Source: Chitinophagaceae bacterium UBA2789 (GTDB taxonomy: Bacteria > Bacteroidota > Bacteroidia > Chitinophagales > Chitinophagaceae). From it: a stretch of DNA of 48,988 nt. Shown here one piece after another: positions 8,984 to 17,906 of this stretch (its first letter is position 1; each line of letters starts with the position of its first letter). The position numbers and the translations under genes were made by a program. The stretch lies in contig DEHX01000097.1 of assembly GCA_002352145.1 (NCBI GenBank), forward strand, positions 1 to 48,988, given 5' to 3'. The notes below the pieces were generated by a model that had not been told where the DNA came from, made no database searches, and saw only the letters and a program-made list of their open reading frames with translations.

Positions 8984-11482
8984 TCAGCTGGATTTCCGGC
9001 TTTGTCTCCACGCCATAAACAATCCTCCTACTAAACTCACCAGGATCACTATTGAAGCCATAAACATGATCGAAGTGCCCTTCTTTACTGATTCAGGTTC
9101 AAACGAAAATTTAATAGTGTGTTTTCCTGTTGGAATAGAAAGCCCACGAAGAATATAGTTTACGTTGCAATAGTCCACTTTCTTTCCATCGAGATAAGCA
9201 TTCCAGCCTTTGGGATAATAGATTTCGCTGAAAACTGCAAACTGCGAACCATTACAATTAGCCTCGTATTCTACTGCATCGTTATCAAATTTTGTCATTT
9301 TGATTGTGGATGTGGAATCGGGTTGGGGTTGCGTAACCAGGTTACTGAATGATTTTTCAACAATTGCTGTGTCTTTTAAGTTAGTAGTTCCAATGGCTTT
9401 AAAGGCGGCTACTCTGTCTTCGGTAACTCTAACATTCTTTACCAGCCAGCAATTGCCATATGCATCCGGATTTGGAATGACAATTTCCTGTTTTAGCTGA
9501 GGATCCCGGTAGACGATGTACTTTGTATTCAGCATATTCAATACCTGCTGGTTGGTGTTGCCGCTCATGTATTTTTCAATTACATCCTGGTATATCCTCA
9601 ACTTAGCCGGATGGTAACCGCCTACAGATTTATGATAATATGACGTTCTGGACTCACTGAATGTGCCGCCACTACTGGTTCCTGCCATATTCAATACACG
9701 ATAATTAGGATCGGTATCTTTTAAAATCTGTTCGTCGATAGCCGTTTTAGCAAAGTTGGTATTAGTGTAATCATCAGCAGGTACAAACAATTGATCCTGC
9801 CTGTTTTCATAAGGGCCTTTGTCATTACTAAAATATAAGTGGCTGGCAAATGTGATTTCAATGGTGCTTACAATCAATAATACAATGGCTGCAATTTTTG
9901 CATTAATTGTATTTTTGAAATAAAGATAGAACACACTCAACGCAACTATCATCAGGCCTAGAGTTCTTAGTAGTTGTCCCCCAAACAGCGCTTTTCTGTC
10001 AGCTTTCAATCCATTTACGACAGCCTGCCCAATTGCTTCGTTTTGTGCCTGCTGCGAGATACTTTGTGCTATCTCCGGATCATATGGTGATGAATAATTT
10101 GCGGAGAAGTAAAAAATACCTAACAGGGCAAATAAACCTCCTGCCGTATATAGTATTTTTTTAAAATCTGCTTTTTGTAACTGGCCTCCAAAAAGTAATT
10201 GTTGCAGTGTAAGTACTGCGGCAATTCCCATTGTGAACTGGGGGATCACTTGTGCAAAAGCAGGAGAACGGAATTTGTTGTATAAAGGAAGATGTTCGAA
10301 TAAGAAAGTATTAAAACCCGGAAGATATTTGCCCCATGTCATTAAAATACCCAAAACAGTAGCTGCCAGCAAGCCCCATCGCATCGGCGTTTTTAATAAA
10401 ACAAAACCAATCAGTCCGAGCAAGCAAATTATAACTCCGAGGTAAGCCGGGCCGGATGTGTACAATTTTCCCCAGTAAACAGGCATGCCTTGTGCTACCT
10501 GCACAGCATTGTTTTCCGGTACACCCAAATCAGTTAATTTCTTTACTACATTCGATTCTTCACCGGCATAACGACCGCTATAACCCCCGTAGGCGTTCGG
10601 CATAATCAATGACACCGTTTCTCCTTTACCAAGGCTGTATTCAAAAGCATAAGTTGTATCAAGCCCTTTTGTTTTGATGGCTTTTACTGTGTCGCTTGTA
10701 ATGTCAAGATCTTTACCTCCCCGCATTGTGAATTTGCTATATTCTGAAGTGGTCATCAGTATAAGAGCATTACCTGCAATACCTATCAATCCAGATAGAA
10801 TTGTTATGGCTCCGGCTATAGCAATATGTTCCCAGTCCTTTTCTTTTATCCATTTTACGAGGTAAGCCAGGGTGAGTATTACTGCAATTAAAAAGAAATA
10901 ATAAGTTACCTGCAAGTGGTTAACGCCTATTTGCTGGTAGGCAGCAAATGTGGTGAGTGCAAAACCAAGCCAATACTTTTTTTCATAAATATTGATAATA
11001 CCGGCCAGTACCAAAGGCATAAAAGCTGTTGCCAGCATTTGTGTATCATGCCCCGCTGCAACGATTACAGGATTATAAGTTGAAAAGGCATAGGCTAGTG
11101 ACCCTAGCATACCCACAATCGGGTTTATCCGTAATGTCAGGCATAGTATATAAAAGCAGATACAGGCCAGGAAAAAGAAGTTGATTGGTTTAGGCGTCCA
11201 TAGAGACAATATGCTGATCATATCCGGCATTACACTTTTACCTTCCATCGCCACCTGGTAGTTTGGCATTCCACTGAACAAATTGGGATTCCAGAGAGGG
11301 TAGTGGCCATTTTTTTCTTTGTATTCAAAAGCGTTTTGAGCCATCCCTTTCCAGCCCACATTATCATGTTGGTTCAATACATTTCCTTCCAGAACAGGTT
11401 TACAAAACAGGGCGGAAATGACCAGGAAAACAACAACAGCTATAACATGCGGTAAAATCTTTTTCAGCAGCAGATTGTTCAT
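8984..11482 (-). CDS. YfhO family polytopic membrane protein (GT-C-like)
   Basis: More than 10 hydrophobic segments. PLWNPNLFSGMP, SVGGYHPAKL and FSEIYYPKGWNAYLDG...NYILRG motifs typical of YfhO. Confidence 0.88.
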   Translation of the reverse strand: MNNLLLKKILPHVIAVVVFLVISALFCKPVLEGNVLNQHDNVGWKGMAQNAFEYKEKNGHYPLWNPNLFSGMPNYQVAMEGKSVMPDMISILSLWTPKPINFFFLACICFYILCLTLRINPIVGMLGSLAYAFSTYNPVIVAAGHDTQMLATAFMPLVLAGIINIYEKKYWLGFALTTFAAYQQIGVNHLQVTYYFFLIAVILTLAYLVKWIKEKDWEHIAIAGAITILSGLIGIAGNALILMTTSEYSKFTMRGGKDLDITSDTVKAIKTKGLDTTYAFEYSLGKGETVSLIMPNAYGGYSGRYAGEESNVVKKLTDLGVPENNAVQVAQGMPVYWGKLYTSGPAYLGVIICLLGLIGFVLLKTPMRWGLLAATVLGILMTWGKYLPGFNTFLFEHLPLYNKFRSPAFAQVIPQFTMGIAAVLTLQQLLFGGQLQKADFKKILYTAGGLFALLGIFYFSANYSSPYDPEIAQSISQQAQNEAIGQAVVNGLKADRKALFGGQLLRTLGLMIVALSVFYLYFKNTINAKIAAIVLLIVSTIEITFASHLYFSNDKGPYENRQDQLFVPADDYTNTNFAKTAIDEQILKDTDPNYRVLNMAGTSSGGTFSESRTSYYHKSVGGYHPAKLRIYQDVIEKYMSGNTNQQVLNMLNTKYIVYRDPQLKQEIVIPNPDAYGNCWLVKNVRVTEDRVAAFKAIGTTNLKDTAIVEKSFSNLVTQPQPDSTSTIKMTKFDNDAVEYEANCNGSQFAVFSEIYYPKGWNAYLDGKKVDYCNVNYILRGLSIPTGKHTIKFSFEPESVKKGTSIMFMASIVILVSLVGGLFMAWRQSRKSS

Positions 11483-11534
11483 ATTATTTCACAATTAGGC
11501 TGACAAAATAATGCTATTTTAGACTAAAATCCCG

Positions 11535-11846
11535 ATGCGCTGGCTTTTATTTTTGTCACGACTGGCTTTCATTTGCGGCTTGTTTTTCTTGCTCACTTTA
11601 TCCTTATTGGTGAAAGAATGGATCAAAGACGAGACCCTTGTCTCAACAATCATCACAATCGGTTTTTTCATGGGGATGATTATAGTTCCGGTAACGCTGT
11701 TTTGTTATCTGCTGCTCTGGATTTTTGGCAAAAAACCCGGAATATATGTGCCTAAATGGCTTATAGTGGCTAACATATTTGTGATGCTAATTTTGCTCAG
11801 CTATATTGTATATATAAACTACCTGTACGCACAGGCAACAGCATGA
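11535..11846 (+). CDS. Small membrane protein of unknown function (about 3 TM segments)
   Basis: Three hydrophobic stretches. ATGA overlap with the downstream gene. Upstream TATTTTAG box at 11515-11522. Confidence 0.7.
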   Translation: MRWLLFLSRLAFICGLFFLLTLSLLVKEWIKDETLVSTIITIGFFMGMIIVPVTLFCYLLLWIFGKKPGIYVPKWLIVANIFVMLILLSYIVYINYLYAQATA

Positions 11847-12643
11847 TAAAAACCATCATTCAAAGTAAACCTACCAAGCTTTTTATAATCCTGGCTGGTA
11901 TTTTCATTGCCAATGCCCTGATTGCAGAAATTATCGGGGTGAAGATTTTTTCTTTGGAGAAAACACTGGGTCTTGAGCCCATGCATATAAGATTATTGGG
12001 TAATGATCTTTCTGTAAACCTGACTGCCGGGGTCTTACTATGGCCGGTAGTTTTCATTATGACTGATATTATTAATGAGTACTATGGAATGAAAGGGGTA
12101 CGATTCCTGTCTTATCTTACCGCTGCGCTGATTGCGTTTGCCTTTTTGATATTTTATGGAGCAATGAAACTGGTTCCTGCTGATTTTTTCATTACCAGTA
12201 AACAAGGTAGTGGAGTGCCGGATATGGAAAAAGCATACAACAGCGTACTCGGGCAGGGCGGTTTTATTATTATCGGTTCTTTAACGGCGTTTATACTTGG
12301 ACAGTTGATTGATGTTTTTGTCTTTCACAAAATAAAAAGGGCGACAGGTGAAAAGCGTATCTGGTTAAGAGCTACTGGTTCTACACTGATCTCCCAGTTT
12401 ATTGATAGTTTTGTTGTGTTGTTTATTGCATTTTATGTGGGAACAAGAGTCAATGCTTCCGGTAATGACTTTGTCTGGCCTTTTGGATTGTTTATAGCAG
12501 TTGGTGTAGTTAATTACATTTACAAATTTATTGTTGCTATTCTTTTGACCCCTGTAATTTATCTTGTGCACGGTGTTATTGAAAAATACCTGGGGCATGA
12601 GCAGGCTGCTGCCATGAAAAAGGCGGCTATGGGTGATGATTAA
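11843..12643 (+). CDS. yhhQ: Queuosine precursor transporter (YhhQ/VUT family)
   Basis: FIMTDIINEYYG, GQLIDVFVF and RATGSTLISQFIDS motifs. Confidence 0.9.
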   Translation: MIKTIIQSKPTKLFIILAGIFIANALIAEIIGVKIFSLEKTLGLEPMHIRLLGNDLSVNLTAGVLLWPVVFIMTDIINEYYGMKGVRFLSYLTAALIAFAFLIFYGAMKLVPADFFITSKQGSGVPDMEKAYNSVLGQGGFIIIGSLTAFILGQLIDVFVFHKIKRATGEKRIWLRATGSTLISQFIDSFVVLFIAFYVGTRVNASGNDFVWPFGLFIAVGVVNYIYKFIVAILLTPVIYLVHGVIEKYLGHEQAAAMKKAAMGDD

Positions 12644-13097
12644 GTTTTTCTTTCACCATTGTGGCAACAATCTTATCAATAGGGAGTGTAACAGATTCTG
12701 CTGAGAAATTGTCCCAATTAATAAAGCGAAAGGTTTCTGTTTCTCTTTTTTCTTCATAAACTTTCAGCTGCTTCTCATCAAAGTCAAACGGTATGTTGCG
12801 TAGAGGAGCTTTGATTGGCTCAAGTGCTTTGGCAAAATAGTAAATGGATATTATCTGGTGCTCAGGATTAAAAGCGGAGATCTGGAAATAGTCAGTAGTG
12901 TAAATGTGCTCACCAATTTCAACTTTCAGGTTCATTTCCTCAAGAAACTCTCTTCTCAGACAGTCACGGGTGCCTTCACCAAACTCCAGCCCGCCGCCAG
13001 GAAATTTGGTAATGTAACTTCCCCGGATCAGTTCATCACTTACCAATACCTGTCGCTCACTATTTATTAAAATGCCATAAACCCTGAGATTAAACAT
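12627..13097 (-). CDS. NUDIX hydrolase
   Basis: Nudix box GGGLEFGEGTRDCLRREFLEEMNL. Start moved to ATG 13097 (MFNLRVYG). Confidence 0.9.
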   Translation of the reverse strand: MFNLRVYGILINSERQVLVSDELIRGSYITKFPGGGLEFGEGTRDCLRREFLEEMNLKVEIGEHIYTTDYFQISAFNPEHQIISIYYFAKALEPIKAPLRNIPFDFDEKQLKVYEEKRETETFRFINWDNFSAESVTLPIDKIVATMVKEKLNHHP

Positions 13098-13101
13098 GCT
13101 T

Positions 13102-14040
13102 TTAGAATATTTTCTTTCTGAAAAAGAACCATCCAATAGCTACTGAAATTCCCAATGAAAGGAAGGCAACGATATAAAATGCATAAGGGGAATGTTCAAA
13201 ACCACTTGGAACATTCATGCCGAACAAACTGGCAATCAGTACAGGGAAGGTGAGCACTATTGTAATAATGGCCAATCTCTTTAATACCTGGTTCTGGTTA
13301 TTGGCAATGATACTGGCAAAAGCGTCAAGTGTACTACTTAGGATATTGGTATAAATATTGGCCATCTCAAGGGCCTGTGAATTATCGACAATAAGGTCAT
13401 TTAAGATTTCTTTTTCTTCTTCTGTCAAACCCAGGAAATTGGTTCTTTCCAGTTTCATCATCAGCATTTCATTGGATCGGAGTGCAGTAACAAAATATAC
13501 AAGGCTTTTCTGTATCCTCATCAGTTCAAGCAGATGTTCATTTCGGCTGGCATCATATAATTTTTGTTCATAAGTATTACGCCGCATATTGATCTCCTTA
13601 AGTTGCTCCATGAAATTCTGAACAATCTTTTCAAAAACTTTAAGCACCATCATATTTCTTTTATCAGGATGCCTGTTTTGAAAAGTATTCAGGAATTTTT
13701 TGATGGCAGGGTTTTCAAACGAATTGACGGTAACGATCTGGTTATGGGTAAGAATAATACAGATAGGTATTGTTATGAAATAAGCATCGCTGTCATTAAA
13801 TGAGTTGTTCTCTGTAGGCGTTTTAATAACTATCAGTTTGACATTATCTTCTTCTTCGAATCGGCTTCTTTCATCAATGTCAAGTGAGTCGGTCAGAAAG
13901 TCAATAGGAATATCCAAGGATGAAGACAGTTCAGAAAACTCCTCTTGTTTAAGTGGTGGCAATACATTCACCCAGGCACCATTTTCTGGCTTGTCAATAG
14001 CTACAGTTTGCTGATTGATATTTTTGAAATACTGGATCAT
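13102..14040 (-). CDS. corA: CorA family Mg2+/Co2+ transporter
   Basis: GMN signature (FGMNV) between two C-terminal TM helices. Start moved to ATG 14040. TACCTTTG box at 14083-14076 on -. Confidence 0.9.
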   Translation of the reverse strand: MIQYFKNINQQTVAIDKPENGAWVNVLPPLKQEEFSELSSSLDIPIDFLTDSLDIDERSRFEEEDNVKLIVIKTPTENNSFNDSDAYFITIPICIILTHNQIVTVNSFENPAIKKFLNTFQNRHPDKRNMMVLKVFEKIVQNFMEQLKEINMRRNTYEQKLYDASRNEHLLELMRIQKSLVYFVTALRSNEMLMMKLERTNFLGLTEEEKEILNDLIVDNSQALEMANIYTNILSSTLDAFASIIANNQNQVLKRLAIITIVLTFPVLIASLFGMNVPSGFEHSPYAFYIVAFLSLGISVAIGWFFFRKKIF

Positions 14041-14129
14041 AGCCGGTGCCCGAAAGATTGTTGAGTCCGGGCAGGCAAAGGTAAGGGGCAAAAAACGGAA
14101 AGAGCGAAGTGATTGTGGTGCTGTTTAAA

Positions 14130-14912
14130 TTATATTTCTACATCTCCCTGAAATACTTTTTCTGCCGGGCCGCACAACCATATATTCTCAAAGCGGTCTT
14201 CATCTACCCGGTCAAATTCTACAGACAGGTGTCCGCCAAGAGTCTGAACCTCCACATCATTGAACCCATTTTCATTGTGATAACAAACAAGGGCGGCGGC
14301 TGTAACTCCGGTGCCGCAGGAATAGGTTTCATCTTCTACGCCTCTTTCAAAGGTCCTGACTATAATTTTATCCGGTTCTTCCAGTTGCTCTACGAAATTT
14401 ACATTAATTCCCTCATCTTCAAATTCCTTGCTATGCCGAATCTCGTAACCCTTTTTATAAACATCGAGCTCCATTACATGATTTACCATTTTGATATAAT
14501 GAGGGGAGCCGGTATTTAAAATATAGTCACCGTGAAATTTCTTAATCATGGTGACATCTTTCATTTTCAATGAAACTATTCCGTCAATGTCAATTTCTGC
14601 TTCATGCACACCATCGGATGCCAGGAACCGGTATAACTCCCGGTGGATGCCCAGGTGGTAGGCGAATTTTACCATGCACCGGCCACCATTGCCACACATA
14701 CTGCCCTCTTTACCATCGGCATTGTAATACTTCATTTCAAAATCAAACCCTTCTTTATTTTGAAGCAGCATCAGCCCGTCAGCGCCAATGCCAAAGCGCC
14801 GGTTGCAAAGCCTATGGATATTTTGTTGTGTTAAACCTAACTCGTTTTGGCGATTATCAACCAAAATGAAATCATTCCCTGTTCCCTGGTATTTATAAAA
14901 ATGAAATTGCAT
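14130..14912 (-). CDS. dapF: Diaminopimelate epimerase
   Basis: KYQGTGNDF, GIGADG, MCGNG, NTGSPH and ERGVEDETYSCGTG motifs. Real start ATG 14912 overlaps the upstream stop (ATGA). Confidence 0.96.
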   Translation of the reverse strand: MQFHFYKYQGTGNDFILVDNRQNELGLTQQNIHRLCNRRFGIGADGLMLLQNKEGFDFEMKYYNADGKEGSMCGNGGRCMVKFAYHLGIHRELYRFLASDGVHEAEIDIDGIVSLKMKDVTMIKKFHGDYILNTGSPHYIKMVNHVMELDVYKKGYEIRHSKEFEDEGINVNFVEQLEEPDKIIVRTFERGVEDETYSCGTGVTAAALVCYHNENGFNDVEVQTLGGHLSVEFDRVDEDRFENIWLCGPAEKVFQGDVEI

Positions 14913-15790
14913 CAGATGTTTTCGCTGAATATGCCAATAAATTTTTTGATAAGGTTTTCTACAGCAGCCTGTCCATCTTTGGAGAACTCCTTTTTCACCC
15001 TGTTGGCAACGATTGCGTTGATAGCCAGGCAATGATGCCCAAGCAGTTTACCAAGTCCATAAATGGCTGAAGTTTCCATTTCGAAATTAGTTATCCGGTG
15101 CTGGCCGAAACGAAAATCCGTAAGGCGATTTATCAGTTCAGGATTGCGGATACCCAGGCGCAGTATCCTTCCCTGCGGGCCATAAAAGCCGGGGCAAGTG
15201 ACCGTTATTCCCTGGTGAAAATCTAGTACAAAATGTTTGATCAGCGAAGCAGAACAACTGGTGATATAAGGATTCCCGATCTGTCCATGTATTTGGGTGT
15301 GGGTGATGAAAGAATGGAGCAGTTCTTTTTCCTGTTCATTCTGTTCATGCCGGTAGAAATTCAGCAAGTTGTCTACGCCAAGCCCATGAGTGGAGGCTAC
15401 AAAACTGTCAACTGGTATATCTTCCTGTAAAGAGCCCGAAGTGCCAATACGGATTATATTCAAAGAAGTGAGATCTCTTTTGATTTCCCGGGTGTTAAAA
15501 TCAATATTGGCCAGTGCATCCAGTTCGTTGATCACAATATCAATATTATCTGGGCCTATTCCGGAGGACAAAACGGTTAACCTTTTTTTCCCAACATAAC
15601 CTGTATGAGAAATAAATTCCCGGTGTTGTCTTTTAACTTCGATTTTGTCAAAATATTTGCTTACTTCTTTTACCCGGTCAGGGTCACCTACGGTAATGAC
15701 AGTACCGGCAATTTCTTCTGGCCTTAAGTCCAAATGATACACAGCACCCCTTGCATTAATGATCAGTTCCGATTCCGCAATTCTGCTCAT
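14912..15790 (-). CDS. Nucleoside phosphorylase (PNP_UDP_1, uridine phosphorylase-like)
   Basis: VGDPDRV, GIGPDN, IRIGTSG, GFYGPQGR and NFEMETS motifs. TAGATTTG box at 15860-15853 on -. Confidence 0.9.
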   Translation of the reverse strand: MSRIAESELIINARGAVYHLDLRPEEIAGTVITVGDPDRVKEVSKYFDKIEVKRQHREFISHTGYVGKKRLTVLSSGIGPDNIDIVINELDALANIDFNTREIKRDLTSLNIIRIGTSGSLQEDIPVDSFVASTHGLGVDNLLNFYRHEQNEQEKELLHSFITHTQIHGQIGNPYITSCSASLIKHFVLDFHQGITVTCPGFYGPQGRILRLGIRNPELINRLTDFRFGQHRITNFEMETSAIYGLGKLLGHHCLAINAIVANRVKKEFSKDGQAAVENLIKKFIGIFSENI

Positions 15791-15894
15791 GTTCTTTTAT
15801 TATTTGTTAGCGAATTAGTCAAAAAATGTATATTTGCAACCGTTTCGGATTTCAAATCTAAAGTCTTAATTCTACAATCTGAAATAATTGAAAT

Positions 15895-15965
15895 GGTCCT
15901 GTGGCCGAGTGGCTAGGCAGAGCTCTGCAAAAGCTCCTACACCAGTTCGAATCTGGTCGGGACCT
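15895..15965 (+). tRNA. tRNA-Cys(GCA); CCA not encoded
   Basis: Acceptor stem GGTCCTG/CGGGACC, anticodon arm GAGCT-CTGCAAA-AGCTC, T-loop GTTCGAATC and U discriminator. TATATTTG box at 15829-15836. Confidence 0.97.
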
Positions 15966-15967
15966 CT

Positions 15968-15995
15968 AAAAAGTCATCGTAAGATGGCTTTTTTT
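15968..15995. terminator. Intrinsic terminator after tRNA-Cys, probably bidirectional
   Basis: AAAAAGTCATC-GTAA-GATGGCTTTTTTT hairpin between convergent genes. Confidence 0.8.
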
Positions 15996-16929
15996 ATTGT
16001 GCAATGTAAACCCGTTTTCCGTTCAGCCGGCTTAAAGAATCTAAAACACGGCTGGTATCGGCAGGCGATACTGGTAAAAGAATGTAAAGTGTAAACAAAC
16101 TGGAGTCCCTTGTTTCCATCTCAACCTGCCACTGAAATGTTTTTAACCGGTTATACCTGTACAAAGCTCTTTCCTTCGGTGAAACTTCTAGAATGAATTT
16201 TTTAGTACCTGCCGGCATTATTGGAGGTTGAATTGATGTAACAGTTGTATCTTTTTTTTGAATAGTAGTGTCGGGAGATTTGCTTATTGTACTTTGATTC
16301 CGGTTTGTCTCATTTTTATCAGAGCTCACTACTGTTTCTTCCTTTTCACTTCTTTCAGTTCTTTTCTTATAAACTGTATATCCTCCCCAAATAGCAAGAC
16401 CAAAGCCCAGCAGAATCAGACCTATGGCCGCAGGCTTCTTCCAGGCAGATTTTGTGTGTTTATTATAAAATACACTTTTATAATCGCCAACCGGCTCTTC
16501 GCTTATTGTTTCCTTTCCGTATTCCCTTAGAACGGCTGAATCCATTCGATCCGGGATTACCTGTCCGGGGGTAAAACTGAATTCGCCGGTTTGGGTTTTC
16601 ACAAGGCTGCCAATTCCTTCGAAAAGAAAAGGTTTACCAATATTCAGAAACTGGCTGGCCAGTTCAAGATGAGAATAAAGGTCTGCTGAAGCAAGAGCTT
16701 TTATTTTACCACTATGTTCCGAAATAAACGCAATAAGATCAGGATCTTCTTTAACAGTCCGGTCATGCAGAAATGAAACGCCTTCTAGTGCAGATGTTTT
16801 GTTGTGTTTATCTTTTTCCAGAGCCGGCACTATATCATTATCAAGGGTAAATATACCAATACCGGGCAGGTAAAGCTGCTTTTTGGTATAGAGATATTGC
16901 GCCAGCAGGGTGGTGATTTTCAAAGTCAT
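15994..16929 (-). CDS. HU-CCDC81-like N-terminal domain, single TM helix and periplasmic SPOR-like C-terminal domain
   Basis: Start moved to ATG 16929. Repeated HU-like strands LYLPGIGIF and FLFEGIGSLVK, TM AAIGLILLGFGLAIWGGY, Ser/Thr-rich linker and a small alpha/beta C-terminal domain. The SPOR assignment is inference. Confidence 0.6.
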   Translation of the reverse strand: MTLKITTLLAQYLYTKKQLYLPGIGIFTLDNDIVPALEKDKHNKTSALEGVSFLHDRTVKEDPDLIAFISEHSGKIKALASADLYSHLELASQFLNIGKPFLFEGIGSLVKTQTGEFSFTPGQVIPDRMDSAVLREYGKETISEEPVGDYKSVFYNKHTKSAWKKPAAIGLILLGFGLAIWGGYTVYKKRTERSEKEETVVSSDKNETNRNQSTISKSPDTTIQKKDTTVTSIQPPIMPAGTKKFILEVSPKERALYRYNRLKTFQWQVEMETRDSSLFTLYILLPVSPADTSRVLDSLSRLNGKRVYIAQ

Positions 16930-17040
16930 GGAGTTAAGAAGCACAAGATATATATTTTGTTCCGGCAATGCAAGGGTGAAAGTCCTTTGTGATTTACCTT
17001 TGCCCATTCTAAGATTGTGAAAGAATAGGAGAATAAATGT

Positions 17041-17382
17041 ATGTTAACAAAAGAGGAAGCTGACTTCATCGTTTACTGGGAACAAAACCGGATGAAAAAG
17101 AAAAAGGTACTACGGCAATTGTATGTTGGTTTGCCGCTGGCTGTAGTAATGGTGATAGCAATTTTTGCAAATTTTTTCTCAGGGTGGTATAAAAGGGCAG
17201 AAATGGTGATGAGAAGAGAGCAGTCATCGCTGATTCTTGTTTTGATGATTGCAGCCATTCTGATCGTTATATTCGTTGTTATTTTTTCCGCCCGCCACCG
17301 GTGGGATATCAACGAACAACGTTACAGGGAACTACTGTTCAGGAAAGACAACACTAATTTTGAAATAACTGAAAAAGAATAA
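17041..17382 (+). CDS. Hypothetical 2-TM membrane protein
   Basis: Two hydrophobic helices. 2-nt gap to the downstream FKBP gene. Confidence 0.75.
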   Translation: MLTKEEADFIVYWEQNRMKKKKVLRQLYVGLPLAVVMVIAIFANFFSGWYKRAEMVMRREQSSLILVLMIAAILIVIFVVIFSARHRWDINEQRYRELLFRKDNTNFEITEKE

Positions 17383-17384
17383 AT

Positions 17385-17855
17385 ATGATTAAGAATCTAC
17401 AGTTAACTGCCGTTTTTGTAACGATGATGGTCACATTCTCTGGTTGTTTGAAAGACAATAGTTGTGACCCCAAAAGTGTAGAAAGTGAGGAAGCGGCGAT
17501 ACAAGCCTATGCTGCCGCTAATTCGATTAATGCGGTGAAGCATTCGAGCGGCCTGTATTATCAGATTATAAATCCCGGTAGCGGACCTACGCCAACTGTC
17601 AATTCAGTAGTATCTGCCCGGTATGTTGGCAAGCTGACAGACGGAACTATTTTCGATTCACAAACGGTGAACCCTGTTTCTTTTCCGTTGGGTAATACCA
17701 TTTTGGGCTGGCAGTTGGGTATTCCGCTGGTTCAGAAGGGCGGCACTATTAAGCTGATAATTCCATCAGCTTTAGCATATGGTTGCACTGGGCAGGGCCC
17801 AATTCCGGGTAATTCAATTTTATTTTTTGAAGTAAACGTAGTAGACGTTCAATAA
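17385..17855 (+). CDS. FKBP-type peptidyl-prolyl isomerase lipoprotein
   Basis: Lipobox FSGC. YVGKLTDGTIFDS, ILGWQLG and LIIPSALAYG...IPGNSILFFEV motifs. Confidence 0.93.
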   Translation: MIKNLQLTAVFVTMMVTFSGCLKDNSCDPKSVESEEAAIQAYAAANSINAVKHSSGLYYQIINPGSGPTPTVNSVVSARYVGKLTDGTIFDSQTVNPVSFPLGNTILGWQLGIPLVQKGGTIKLIIPSALAYGCTGQGPIPGNSILFFEVNVVDVQ

Positions 17856-17906
17856 GCAGCAGATTAAGTAACCGATTGTTATTTATACTTACCTAAATTT
17901 TTCACC

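Noticed and set aside
14913-15032. Long N-terminal extension of dapF; similar extensions on corA, aat, ribF, the DNRLRE, HU-like, Smr and coiled-coil ORFs
   Set aside because: They come from longest-ORF calling. The extensions overlap neighbouring genes or promoter boxes, and family-typical N-termini begin at downstream starts.
15895-16000. tRNA-Cys as an integration site for an island
   Set aside because: No integrase, no duplicated tRNA 3' end elsewhere in the window, and ordinary flanking genes.
15888-16094. 68-aa plus-strand ORF
   Set aside because: It overlaps tRNA-Cys and its terminator, so it is a shadow ORF.
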